A DNA stretch of 28,708 nt, taken from a virus (lineage: Duplodnaviria > Caudoviricetes). Shown here in pieces: positions 17,160 through 26,073 of this stretch. Numbering within the stretch: the stretch's first letter is position 1; each line of letters starts with the position of its first letter. The DNA is taken from positions 1 to 28,708 of IMG/VR virus record IMGVR_UViG_3300030372_005415. One strand, 5' to 3'. The notes beneath the pieces are model-generated. The model worked only from the letters and a program-made list of their open reading frames with translations, was not told the origin of the DNA and did no database searches. The translations under genes were made by a program, and so were the position numbers.

Positions 17160-17702
17160 CTGCACGTCTCCACTGATTGATTTTGTCCATTTTTGCCTGT
17201 TGATTCTTTTTATCTGCATCCTTTTGTGTTTCATGACACATGACATAGTCAACATAAAGACGTGCCTGTAAATCTGTATTCAGTGTACTGTACCATTCAG
17301 GGTCTCGACCCCAAAAACGACTGATGGCAAAACCCTGTCGTTCTAGCTGTCCAGATTTTGAGGTTCGATAAAATTTTCGGTATCCTTGACCTCTATTGCA
17401 CTAGGCAGTGCAGATGCCATCAGACCGATACACTGCATTCCAGATTCCAGAATCTGATTTACAGGTACACCTGCACCGAGTAGTGTGTCTAAACATTTTG
17501 AACCATAATCTGCAATGTTTACAATGTGTCGTGTTTTTGGTAAACGACTATCGTCACCACAGACACAGATTGCCATTGCACACAGTCGACCCATTGATGC
17601 CCTAGTCTGGTCGTCACTCCACATACTTACCAGGTCAAAACAGGTCGACAGTGCAGGTTTTGTACACTTCACTGTACCGAATGTCTCTATGTTAATTTCC
17701 AT
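17152..17702 (-). CDS. tail assembly chaperone GT (-1 frameshift product, ~183 aa)
   Basis: Slippery heptamer A AAT TTT at 17376-17370; the -1 frame is open for 72 codons to TAG at 17154-17152. Confidence 0.7.
17343..17702 (-). CDS. tail assembly chaperone G
   Basis: Follows the major tail gene; GGGAGG RBS; ends shortly after ...ENF. Confidence 0.75.
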   Translation of the reverse strand: MEINIETFGTVKCTKPALSTCFDLVSMWSDDQTRASMGRLCAMAICVCGDDSRLPKTRHIVNIADYGSKCLDTLLGAGVPVNQILESGMQCIGLMASALPSAIEVKDTENFIEPQNLDS

Positions 17703-17739
17703 CGTCGCCTCCCTTATGACGTTGTGATGTTATTAAATG

Positions 17740-18237
17740 TTATGCCTGTGCGTAGGTTACTCCACCGTAGCACTCACCAGATACCTCGATGGTGTTACCA
17801 TCTGCAGACTCTGATAAACTGGATACCTCCATATAACATTTTGCATATGTAGCTGTGTACGTTTTACCACTACCGAGTGCAGAGGTGTCGACCTCGAATG
17901 CAAGGGTCTGTAAAAACTGTTCGAATCCATCACCACCTGTAGATGTCAAGGGTGCACCGGCATGTGCACCTCGGTTGTACAATCTGTCCATCAGGTTGTC
18001 TGCACTTGCATCCGTCAATGAACGCATGTGTACACTGAATGTAAACGAGATAACCGGGTCGTCACCTTTACGCAGTCCGACGATGGTACCACGGTCTCGA
18101 ATTACAACACGGTCTGCACCTGGTTCAGATGCACTGAAGTCTCCGACCTCAAAACTAACCTCGTATGATGATGCAGCTCCGTCCGTTAAGGTGATTTTAC
18201 CATCACGTCGTGTTGCTACTACTGAACTATCTGCCAT
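17740..18237 (-). CDS. major tail tube protein
   Basis: 165 aa, acidic and beta-rich; lies between the terminator-like gene and the chaperone; GGAGG RBS. Confidence 0.7.
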   Translation of the reverse strand: MADSSVVATRRDGKITLTDGAASSYEVSFEVGDFSASEPGADRVVIRDRGTIVGLRKGDDPVISFTFSVHMRSLTDASADNLMDRLYNRGAHAGAPLTSTGGDGFEQFLQTLAFEVDTSALGSGKTYTATYAKCYMEVSSLSESADGNTIEVSGECYGGVTYAQA

Positions 18238-18247
18238 TTGAGCCTCC

Positions 18248-18691
18248 CTATTCTAGGTATAAGTAATGTAAAACATTAAAAGTTAAATTTATTGTACACC
18301 ATTCACCACTGTCTGCAAGTTCGTTATCCATACCGGTAAAACGAATCTGTAAACTATCGTGCAATGGTGTCGACCTGTTTGTCAATGCCTGAATGACTGT
18401 CTGTGCACTGTCGAGTGCATCGTCGTACGAATCAATCTGGTCTTTTGGTCGTATTCTGAATGCGTATCTGATGAATACCTCTGTATCTGACATCACACCT
18501 GATGAACGTCGTTGTCTGTCGTCGTCTCGACTCGTTACACCTCGAATACCGACACTGAATGATTTATGTGCAACAGTATTCGGTGAACGTCCGTACCCAT
18601 CATACGGGTTGCGACCTTCATTAAAACCAGACACATCTGCAATCTTTGTTGCAAATCTCTGTCGTACTGTTGACAACGACACTGCAGACAT
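18248..18691 (-). CDS. tail terminator/completion protein
   Basis: Size, position just before the major tail gene, and alternating C-terminal beta strand. Confidence 0.55.
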   Translation of the reverse strand: MSAVSLSTVRQRFATKIADVSGFNEGRNPYDGYGRSPNTVAHKSFSVGIRGVTSRDDDRQRRSSGVMSDTEVFIRYAFRIRPKDQIDSYDDALDSAQTVIQALTNRSTPLHDSLQIRFTGMDNELADSGEWCTINLTFNVLHYLYLE

Positions 18692-19447
18692 TTACGACCT
18701 CCGATACCAGATTGGAGGTGCAGAGGTATAAATGACACCGAGTGCAGCTCGTCGTTTTGTGGCATCGTCTGCACGTCCGTCCTGATTCATGTCGTATGTA
18801 AATTTGAGACGTTTAAAATCAAATTCGAACTCTTTACGATGCTGTCGTGCCAGGTCAAGGTATCGACCTTCACCGAGTCCACTACTGTCCATATCCTTAA
18901 AAATCAGATAAAAAGTCATGTTTTTATGACAGCTGCGGAGACTCTGCGGTGACATAATCAGGTATTCGATGTTGCCCTGGTCCCTGACTCGTTGAATCAG
19001 TTGCACCCATGCCTCGTCGATATATGTCTGATATGTCGACCCTAGACTCGAAGGTCGAATAGATGCCAGGTCACTGTACTCTGCCTCCAAATCTAAATCA
19101 GATATAACAGGATACAATGCCGACAGTGCAATAGCGCACGGTTTTTTGAATGTGTGTACAACACTGTCTATCGTTAGTTCCCAGTATTGCATGTAACCAT
19201 CAGACAAACGGAGTGTCGACGGTAGTTCACTGGGTGCAATGGTGTACGTAGCAACATTTGCAACGACTGACACAGCTGTACGAGATATGACATCGTTACC
19301 ATCTGGGTCGACCAGTTTAAAATATGCAGAGGTCGGAGACACCAGTGCGTTATCTCTGTAGATAGGTAAATCCACAGTACAACCTCTGGCCCTCTCTAAG
19401 ACCTCATGTATACGTATTCTAGGACTGTATAGTCGTTGCGTTGCCAT
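18692..19447 (-). CDS. head-tail adaptor-like protein
   Basis: Position after the capsid; C-terminal helical domain YIDEAWVQL...YLDLARQHRKEF. Confidence 0.55.
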   Translation of the reverse strand: MATQRLYSPRIRIHEVLERARGCTVDLPIYRDNALVSPTSAYFKLVDPDGNDVISRTAVSVVANVATYTIAPSELPSTLRLSDGYMQYWELTIDSVVHTFKKPCAIALSALYPVISDLDLEAEYSDLASIRPSSLGSTYQTYIDEAWVQLIQRVRDQGNIEYLIMSPQSLRSCHKNMTFYLIFKDMDSSGLGEGRYLDLARQHRKEFEFDFKRLKFTYDMNQDGRADDATKRRAALGVIYTSAPPIWYRRS

Positions 19448-19459
19448 CTATTCGACCTG

Positions 19460-19792
19460 TTAGAGGTTACTTACATTCAAAAACAAATACCACTGTGTAT
19501 CTGAACTAACCAAAACTGCAACATCACCGGGTCCCAATAGTACCTGACGAACTGCCTGGTCATTTTGTACATCGAGTGCATTTGTAGTCCCTGCATTCTG
19601 AATACAGTATACACGTCCGTCCTTCTCAGCTGGTAAAATCACATTTTCATCACTACCACCGGAGTCGATGATTTGAAACAATGAATCTTTATCAGTCAGA
19701 GTGATACCGTCTGTGATATTTCGTACATCTAATCCACCTGCCAACAAAATAGGACGGGGGATTTTGAAAAATGGTTTACCGTTGTATGCCAT
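19460..19792 (-). CDS. putative head decoration/structural protein
   Basis: Beta-rich VILPAEKDGRVYCIQNAG pattern; GAGG RBS. Confidence 0.5.
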   Translation of the reverse strand: MAYNGKPFFKIPRPILLAGGLDVRNITDGITLTDKDSLFQIIDSGGSDENVILPAEKDGRVYCIQNAGTTNALDVQNDQAVRQVLLGPGDVAVLVSSDTQWYLFLNVSNL

Positions 19793-19824
19793 GTGTCACC
19801 TCAAAAGGTTAAGGGGTTAAAAGT

Positions 19825-19968
19825 TTATTTATTCTTTTTGTTGTCGATGCGCTGCGCACGTTTGACGACCTCTGCACGGACCTGTTCACGTGATACATCA
19901 TTACCTGACTGACGTTGTTCTGTGTATAGTCGTTCTGTTACACGTTCGACCTGTTCTTTGTTAGGCAT
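19825..19968 (-). CDS. 47-aa hypothetical protein
   Basis: ATG 19968 with GGAG RBS overlapping the upstream stop; MPNKEQVERVTERL... Confidence 0.55.
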   Translation of the reverse strand: MPNKEQVERVTERLYTEQRQSGNDVSREQVRAEVVKRAQRIDNKKNK

Positions 19969-20620
19969 CTGCAGCTCCTTTACGTTTACCCTTCGTAGAT
20001 TTTGTATTCGTAGACGGTTTTGCATGCATCGCATCATATGCAGTCTGCATATTCTTTTTAAGTTCGTACAGCTCGTCGAGTTCAGTCTTTACCTCTGGCA
20101 CGTGTTGAAACTTCAGACGACGGTCTATTTTTCTGTCAATCATCGAGATTTTTGTTTGTACGACTTCAATCTCTGGTGCATCGATGATACCCTCTGTCAC
20201 CAGTGCCTGTCTCCATTCGTTGTAACCATCCTGGTCTGTATTCCAGAATAATTTACGACCGATGACTTTTGGTACATCCCACCGGAGTCGATAGTAATAT
20301 GCACCGTACACTGTTTCATATCGTGCCAGGTATCCGTACTCTCTATCGATGACAGTCTGTCCTGCATCCTGTAAACGCATTCTGGCGACTGTTGAATCTG
20401 GTCCGTGCGGTGTTTCTTCAATACCATTTACCCCTGCAATCTCGTGCAGCTGTCCAAATGTAGGTAGCCAGGTCCATTTATCTGCATGTTTTACGAGTTC
20501 CCAGCTGAAAGGATGGTGTAACAGATAAAAAGGTGAATTTGGCATCACTTGCAGTTTTGGTGCAGATGCCGTCTGTCGTGTACCTGTCCAGGTTGATGGT
20601 GTAAATGTTTGTGTACTCAT
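19961..20620 (-). CDS. hypothetical protein downstream of the capsid
   Basis: 219-aa ORF with ACAAAGGGA-N7-ATG. Confidence 0.7.
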   Translation of the reverse strand: MSTQTFTPSTWTGTRQTASAPKLQVMPNSPFYLLHHPFSWELVKHADKWTWLPTFGQLHEIAGVNGIEETPHGPDSTVARMRLQDAGQTVIDREYGYLARYETVYGAYYYRLRWDVPKVIGRKLFWNTDQDGYNEWRQALVTEGIIDAPEIEVVQTKISMIDRKIDRRLKFQHVPEVKTELDELYELKKNMQTAYDAMHAKPSTNTKSTKGKRKGAADA

Positions 20621-20669
20621 AACTTTTTCCCTTTGTATAAGTGTTGTTTAAATTTTTTGTGACACATCA

Positions 20670-20689
20670 CACGACCCCGGAGGGTCGTG
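20670..20689 (-). other. stable hairpin after the capsid gene (UNCG tetraloop)
   Basis: Minus strand CACGACCC-TCCG-GGGTCGTG; no U-tract, so more likely an mRNA stabiliser or partial terminator. Confidence 0.55.
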
Positions 20690-20742
20690 GATGCAGGGTA
20701 CAAAGGGATTAAAACCGTTGCACCCACGAACCTGGTCACATG

Positions 20743-21654
20743 TTAGGCATCTGTAACAATCTTCACGATACGTGAATCCTCTGCAATAGCAGCCCCGCAG
20801 TACAAATGTCCACATACCTCTGTCAAACCTTTTGACTCGTCTCTCTGGAAGGCGATGACGACGGGTGTACCAGCTGGTCGAATCTCAACACCTGCACCTG
20901 CAAGTGGTCGAGGTGTACCGACTGCGTATGCAACACCACCTCGTGACATCATTGCACCGATTTTATCACCTGCAGCCTCTGTTACATAGGATGACTTAAA
21001 AATATCGACTCCACCAAAACGACCGGCAAAACCTTGTCCTTTTATAGACAACATATCTTCGGTAGCAGGACTGAAGGCAAGTGCATTGTTTGATTCAGAA
21101 CGGAGACTATCACGGAGGTCTGACAGCTGTTGTGGATGTAAGATACAATAGAATTCACCATTGTTAGACTCTGATTCGAGTTGAAACATTGCATCATAAA
21201 AGTCGTCAACACTCATATCGACACCAGATGTACCTACAGCGTTTGATGCAGATGCAAATGTTGCAGCGATGATTTGATTGATACGAGCCTCTGCAGACAT
21301 TGCCATTTTTTGAGCGATGTTAAAAGGGTCGATGTCGAGACCGAGACCAGTCATTGATGCAAGGTCGGTGATGTCATAACGCAGTGCAGAACGTCCGACA
21401 GTTACGTCAACAGTTGACGGGGTCAATGTAGATGCACTCACATCTGCACCGTCTGTTGCAGTTGAAAAAGGCGTCGCTGCGCCCCAATCCGCAAATCTCA
21501 AACGCATCGATTTACTTCCGATGCCGGCTACGTCGCCTGCAAAAAGGAGTGCACCGGTGTTACGAATAGATGCCATGTCTGCAAGTACAGCACGGACTTC
21601 GTTTTCAATCATGGCAGCCAGTCGAAGGTTGCCCAAATCTGAATAAGTAGTCAT
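20743..21654 (-). CDS. major capsid protein
   Basis: 303 aa in the head module; YCILHPQQLSDLRD, GRFGGVDIFKS and FQRDE...YCGAA HK97-fold-type motifs. Confidence 0.85.
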   Translation of the reverse strand: MTTYSDLGNLRLAAMIENEVRAVLADMASIRNTGALLFAGDVAGIGSKSMRLRFADWGAATPFSTATDGADVSASTLTPSTVDVTVGRSALRYDITDLASMTGLGLDIDPFNIAQKMAMSAEARINQIIAATFASASNAVGTSGVDMSVDDFYDAMFQLESESNNGEFYCILHPQQLSDLRDSLRSESNNALAFSPATEDMLSIKGQGFAGRFGGVDIFKSSYVTEAAGDKIGAMMSRGGVAYAVGTPRPLAGAGVEIRPAGTPVVIAFQRDESKGLTEVCGHLYCGAAIAEDSRIVKIVTDA

Positions 21655-21873
21655 TTTAAAACTCTCAATATATAGGAATAGGTTTAATAATCTTGACGGA
21701 TTTTACACTGTTAACGGTTGTGAACCTATCCGATGTATTGACCAGCTCCCGACGACAAACGAATGCAGTCATGTAGTCATGTGTGTATTCTATCTCAAAA
21801 TGTGTTAGTATTTGCTAGAATGACACTATCTGACATTCGACATTTTGCAACACACAAAACAAGGGATTGAACC

Positions 21874-22191
21874 ATGGCAAATATAGACCTGTCAAATACG
21901 AACTCGTATCCACGTATCAAACGTGTATCCATCACTGCAGCTGCACAGCAAATAACACTACCTCGTGACTGTACCAGGGTGACATTTGGTGCATCGGCTG
22001 CATTGTTTTGGGCAAATGAGGGTGCAGATGGTGATGGTTTTGGTGCACAGATAACAGAATACTCTTTTGTACCTGCAAATAATCTGTTGACTATCAATCT
22101 GGAGACAGGTCGACAGTCGAACCGGGTCCTGTTGATAGGTACACAAAACGGTTCGACGAATCTGTCTGTGATTTTGGAAAAAGACCGGTAA
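21874..22191 (+). CDS. small beta-rich protein, inverted within the head module
   Basis: CAAGGGA-N7-ATG; fills the gap between the repeat gene and the capsid gene. Confidence 0.7.
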   Translation: MANIDLSNTNSYPRIKRVSITAAAQQITLPRDCTRVTFGASAALFWANEGADGDGFGAQITEYSFVPANNLLTINLETGRQSNRVLLIGTQNGSTNLSVILEKDR

Positions 22192-22231
22192 AATAAAAGC
22201 CCCTGCCAGATATGGGGATACTGACAGAGGC
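22190..22231 (-). terminator. intrinsic terminator
   Basis: Minus strand GCCTCTGTCAG/CTGGCAGGGGC stem (G-U pairs) followed by TTTTATTTT. Confidence 0.7.
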
Positions 22232-22255
22232 AAGGGATTGATGGTGTATCAATAG

Positions 22256-23611
22256 TTATACACTAACAGCGATGTCAATACCAGTCAAACCGATAGTCGA
22301 CTTCACAGTCACGACTGATGTACTGGTGTATACAATCTCGAGGTCGACCTTGTTACCAGACGAATCCATTGCAGAGACATGTACCAGACGTTCACCAAGG
22401 TTGTGCGTCAAGTTCAATGATGTATTTGCAGTCAATGATTGATTTGCAAAACCTTTACGGATGCTAGACAGAGCAACCAAAACCTGTCCACCTGATACTG
22501 TGGCAAGGTTACCGGCAGCCGAGTCGGCACTGATGGCAGCCTGTGCACGTGCATTTGTAAAGTACAGATTTGATGAACCTTCACTGATGTCGTCAGAGTC
22601 TGCAGTCAATGCGATAACACCTGTACCACTATTGTAATTCAAACCTGCAGCATCAACAGATATTGCAGCTCGTGCACGTGCATCTGTGAAGTACAATGCA
22701 GATGCATTCTCTGTGATTTGTGATGTGTTTGCATTCAATGTGTAAACACCGTCTGCATATGACAAACCAGTACCGGCATCGAACTGTGCAAATACAGATG
22801 ATGCAGGCAAGGATAACGCACCTGTACCACTGTTGTATGTTAACAGCTGTACGTCAGGACTGGATACAGATGCCAGAGACAACGCACCTCGTGCACGTGC
22901 ATCAGTAAAATAAAGGTTTGAACCCTCTGCAACGTTACCAGTGTTACCATTGAATGCAATCTCACCAGCATTGTACGAGATACCTGTACCACCTGACAAA
23001 TGTGCATCGACACGGGCTGTAGTAAAGAATTTATTGTTAGACCCTTCGGTGATTTGGTCCGACGTGGCATTCAGACTGAACTGTCCATCAGAGTACGACA
23101 AACCAGTACCGGCACTGAAAAATGCCTTAATTTCACCCTGGTCTGCAGTGAATGCACCAGTCGAGGCATCATAGTCAATACCAGCAGAGGCACTGAATTT
23201 TGCACGGATTTGAGCGTCAGACAAACCACTGTTTACGAGTTCCCAGTCGTTTGCACTGTTTGCAGTACCGCCGTTGTGAATGTATGCCTCGGTCGGTGAC
23301 GTGGCAGTCAAAAATACAATGTCGCCTTCTTGAAAGTTCGACCCGGTGTAAACATTCGAGACAAAATTTGCCAGACTTGACTGTGTACTGTTCACCGTCA
23401 CAGATGTGATAGTCAACGGGTCAATCTTAAGTTTATTTACTCCACCGTCTGCAACGACTGATGCATAGTTTGCACTGTCTGGATGGATTGCATTGATAAC
23501 GTTACCGTGCAGGTATCCACGTGTAATCAGATGTTCGTCGTGTGATACAGTACCTTTTTGTTTTACGAGACCTTCAAATGTGACCTCAGGGGCTAAAAAT
23601 CTTTGAGCCAT
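22256..23611 (-). CDS. repeat-containing virion fibre-like protein
   Basis: Four xxxxEGSxNLYFTxARAR-type repeats plus AGTGLSY repeats; C-terminal LTHNLG domain. Confidence 0.75.
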   Translation of the reverse strand: MAQRFLAPEVTFEGLVKQKGTVSHDEHLITRGYLHGNVINAIHPDSANYASVVADGGVNKLKIDPLTITSVTVNSTQSSLANFVSNVYTGSNFQEGDIVFLTATSPTEAYIHNGGTANSANDWELVNSGLSDAQIRAKFSASAGIDYDASTGAFTADQGEIKAFFSAGTGLSYSDGQFSLNATSDQITEGSNNKFFTTARVDAHLSGGTGISYNAGEIAFNGNTGNVAEGSNLYFTDARARGALSLASVSSPDVQLLTYNSGTGALSLPASSVFAQFDAGTGLSYADGVYTLNANTSQITENASALYFTDARARAAISVDAAGLNYNSGTGVIALTADSDDISEGSSNLYFTNARAQAAISADSAAGNLATVSGGQVLVALSSIRKGFANQSLTANTSLNLTHNLGERLVHVSAMDSSGNKVDLEIVYTSTSVVTVKSTIGLTGIDIAVSV

Positions 23612-23661
23612 TGTTTTACCTCTTTGAGTGTAGTTGTGAATTCACGACTGCCATATGTCAG

Positions 23662-23880
23662 TCATCGATAGTATATCACCCCTGTCTCTGTCGTCTCAAA
23701 AATGACAGTGAATGTCAGGTCGTTATTATATGTGATGTCACCGAATACCTGTTGTCCTGCAATCTCTATCCATACATTCGGTCTATAGCCGAGTCCATGT
23801 GTAACTACTATTGATGTCTGATTTGTAAAATCAAAACGTGACGGTACACCTGCACCGTCAGAGTATCTGAATGTTGCCAT
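23662..23880 (-). CDS. small beta-rich structural-like protein (THGLG motif)
   Basis: FTNQTSIVVTHGLGYRPNV; GGGGTG RBS. Confidence 0.65.
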   Translation of the reverse strand: MATFRYSDGAGVPSRFDFTNQTSIVVTHGLGYRPNVWIEIAGQQVFGDITYNNDLTFTVIFETTETGVIYYR

Positions 23881-23890
23881 CTGTCACCCC

Positions 23891-24595
23891 TTAAAACTTG
23901 TACGGTGAATCTGATTTACCCTTTTGACTGTAATATGCCTGTCGTATTGCCTCTCTATTTTGACTAAAGAATGCCGGGTCTGATGCACGTTGTAAAATGT
24001 CATTCGGTGCCGGTACAGCTTGACCAGATGCGACCCCGGCATTTGATGCAGGTGCCACTGGTGCAGGGACTGGAGTATTCGACAGACTCTGTTGTGTTTG
24101 TGGAGGCATCTGTGTTTGTGGCATCGACTGTTGTGCAGCGACCTCTGCAGATGCAGATTCGGATGCAGTCGGTGCAGTGATAAACGGACGGAGTACAGAC
24201 GGTGCAGACTCTGGTTCGTTATGAATAGTTTGCAACCAGTCTGATAACGGTTGACGGTCCTTCTTTGTACGTCCTGACATCTCTCTATCATATGCCCATT
24301 CGACTGCATCACGTACACCGTTGTCTGTGATACCGTATTGACTGATAACTGTGTGACGTTCGTATCGACTGTTTGCACCGTCGAGTTCACCGCGCAGTGA
24401 CTCGACCTGTTGTGTCAAGTTGTCGACCAGTCCGACCTTTGCATTTGCCTCGTCGAGTCGTGACTGATACTCTGACAGCTGCGACTCTGCACTGGTTAAT
24501 TTTTCACTGTATTTTGCAATACGTTGTCGTACAATCTCGTCGACGTGTGATTTTGCAACGTACTCGACTCCTTCATGCGTAAATGTTTTACTCAT
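23891..24595 (-). CDS. capsid scaffolding protein
   Basis: After the portal; N-terminal coiled coil, P/Q/A-rich linker, short C-terminal helix. Confidence 0.7.
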   Translation of the reverse strand: MSKTFTHEGVEYVAKSHVDEIVRQRIAKYSEKLTSAESQLSEYQSRLDEANAKVGLVDNLTQQVESLRGELDGANSRYERHTVISQYGITDNGVRDAVEWAYDREMSGRTKKDRQPLSDWLQTIHNEPESAPSVLRPFITAPTASESASAEVAAQQSMPQTQMPPQTQQSLSNTPVPAPVAPASNAGVASGQAVPAPNDILQRASDPAFFSQNREAIRQAYYSQKGKSDSPYKF

Positions 24596-24619
24596 TGATT
24601 TTTCCCTTTGTTGTGGTTG

Positions 24620-26071
24620 TTAGAATGACAGGTTGTCCTGTTGAATTTTTAATAACATCTTTTTTGCATCGACCTCGTCCAAATCTGGATGCAATACCTG
24701 GATGGCATCGACTTTTGAAATCAAACCAGCTGCCAGCAGTGCCAGCATATTTTCTCGTTGTTCTTTTGATTCCTGCGGTGACAGAGGTATGGCATGGTAT
24801 TCGATACGGTATCCTGATTCAGGATACGATGTACCGAGGTATTTATTTGCAATCTTTGCACTTATTTCCAGAGTCTCAATGTCTGCACGTCTGAAGGCAG
24901 GTGCGTATTTACGTTGTGCCTCTCTTAACGACGAACGACTGATACTGATTGCATACCCTGAACGAGGGTCTCCAGACATCTTTTGTACATCGGCAGGGTT
25001 GATACCCATATATGTAGCCAGTCGACGCTCGTATACTGTGATTGACTCTAACATCTCACTGACATCTCCACCTGCCTGGTATTGACCGATTTGTGGTTGC
25101 TGTCCTGGTGCCAAATCTGGGTCTGGTGAAAAAACAAGTATCGATGCAGGGTCTGATGCAATAGCCTGTCGACGACCTTCAAGGTTGTTATCGAAGGTAT
25201 CCAGACCTGCAAGTGTTGCACCGAGTAGATACCGTTGTGGATGACTGCAGTCACGTGCCAGGTGTAAAAAGTATGAATACAACACAGCTGCATTCAGTGC
25301 ACCCATCACGACCTCCCTATTTTGAAAGGAGTCGAATAACTCTCCATGAATCTCTGCATGATATAGACTGTACGGTAAAAACGGTACCCCGGCACTGTCT
25401 CGATATGGATACGATGCACCTGACATCGATGCACCTAAATATTTTTCAGTGACATCTGCATCACGTTCACCATTCGAGTTGATGGTGTAAATCTGATACT
25501 CTGGATTTTGTTTATCTTTGATTGATAAATAGTCGACTGTCCATTCATGTTTATCGCATTCATGACAGTATCGAAGTCTGGTCTCTTTTATCGTATGAGG
25601 TCGTGACGGGTCCCCTGCAGACGCCTCTGCATCTACCATATCTGCAGTGACGATACGATACATCAAACCTTGACCGTCGTCTGTGATGTCGACTCGTAAA
25701 AATGTTTCATTCATACCGATAGTGTAAAACTGTACCCTCTGCATCAGTGCGTATAAACCTGCCTTTGCAATCAGTCCCTGTCGACCGACCAGACCCTCGG
25801 TTTGTCCTGCACTGGTCTCTGTTACTGCGACTGTCGGAGGTTCAGAATACAAACCACAGAGTGCAGATGTTGCTGCCTTAAATATATTCGACGACATGTC
25901 AGGTACACCCCAGGCAGCTTGTCGAGACTCGGGTATATGGTTTGCAATCTCGTCAATGAGGTCCTGTAACCACTGTCCACAGAGCATCCGACGTCGAAGT
26001 GCCAGGTGTTCGACTCGTCGTTGTGTTACTGGATTTTGTTGCAATGGCATCGGAGGGATTTGTGTATTCAT
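24620..26071 (-). CDS. portal protein
   Basis: About 483 aa, directly after terL; SGYAISIS and AGLISKVDAIQVLHP SPP1-like portal motifs. Start ATG 26071. Confidence 0.85.
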   Translation of the reverse strand: MNTQIPPMPLQQNPVTQRRVEHLALRRRMLCGQWLQDLIDEIANHIPESRQAAWGVPDMSSNIFKAATSALCGLYSEPPTVAVTETSAGQTEGLVGRQGLIAKAGLYALMQRVQFYTIGMNETFLRVDITDDGQGLMYRIVTADMVDAEASAGDPSRPHTIKETRLRYCHECDKHEWTVDYLSIKDKQNPEYQIYTINSNGERDADVTEKYLGASMSGASYPYRDSAGVPFLPYSLYHAEIHGELFDSFQNREVVMGALNAAVLYSYFLHLARDCSHPQRYLLGATLAGLDTFDNNLEGRRQAIASDPASILVFSPDPDLAPGQQPQIGQYQAGGDVSEMLESITVYERRLATYMGINPADVQKMSGDPRSGYAISISRSSLREAQRKYAPAFRRADIETLEISAKIANKYLGTSYPESGYRIEYHAIPLSPQESKEQRENMLALLAAGLISKVDAIQVLHPDLDEVDAKKMLLKIQQDNLSF

Positions 26072-26073
26072 GT

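Noticed and set aside
23884-24390. Alternative-frame minus-strand ORFs inside scaffold, primase and tail genes
   Set aside because: Fully nested, with no recognisable protein features.
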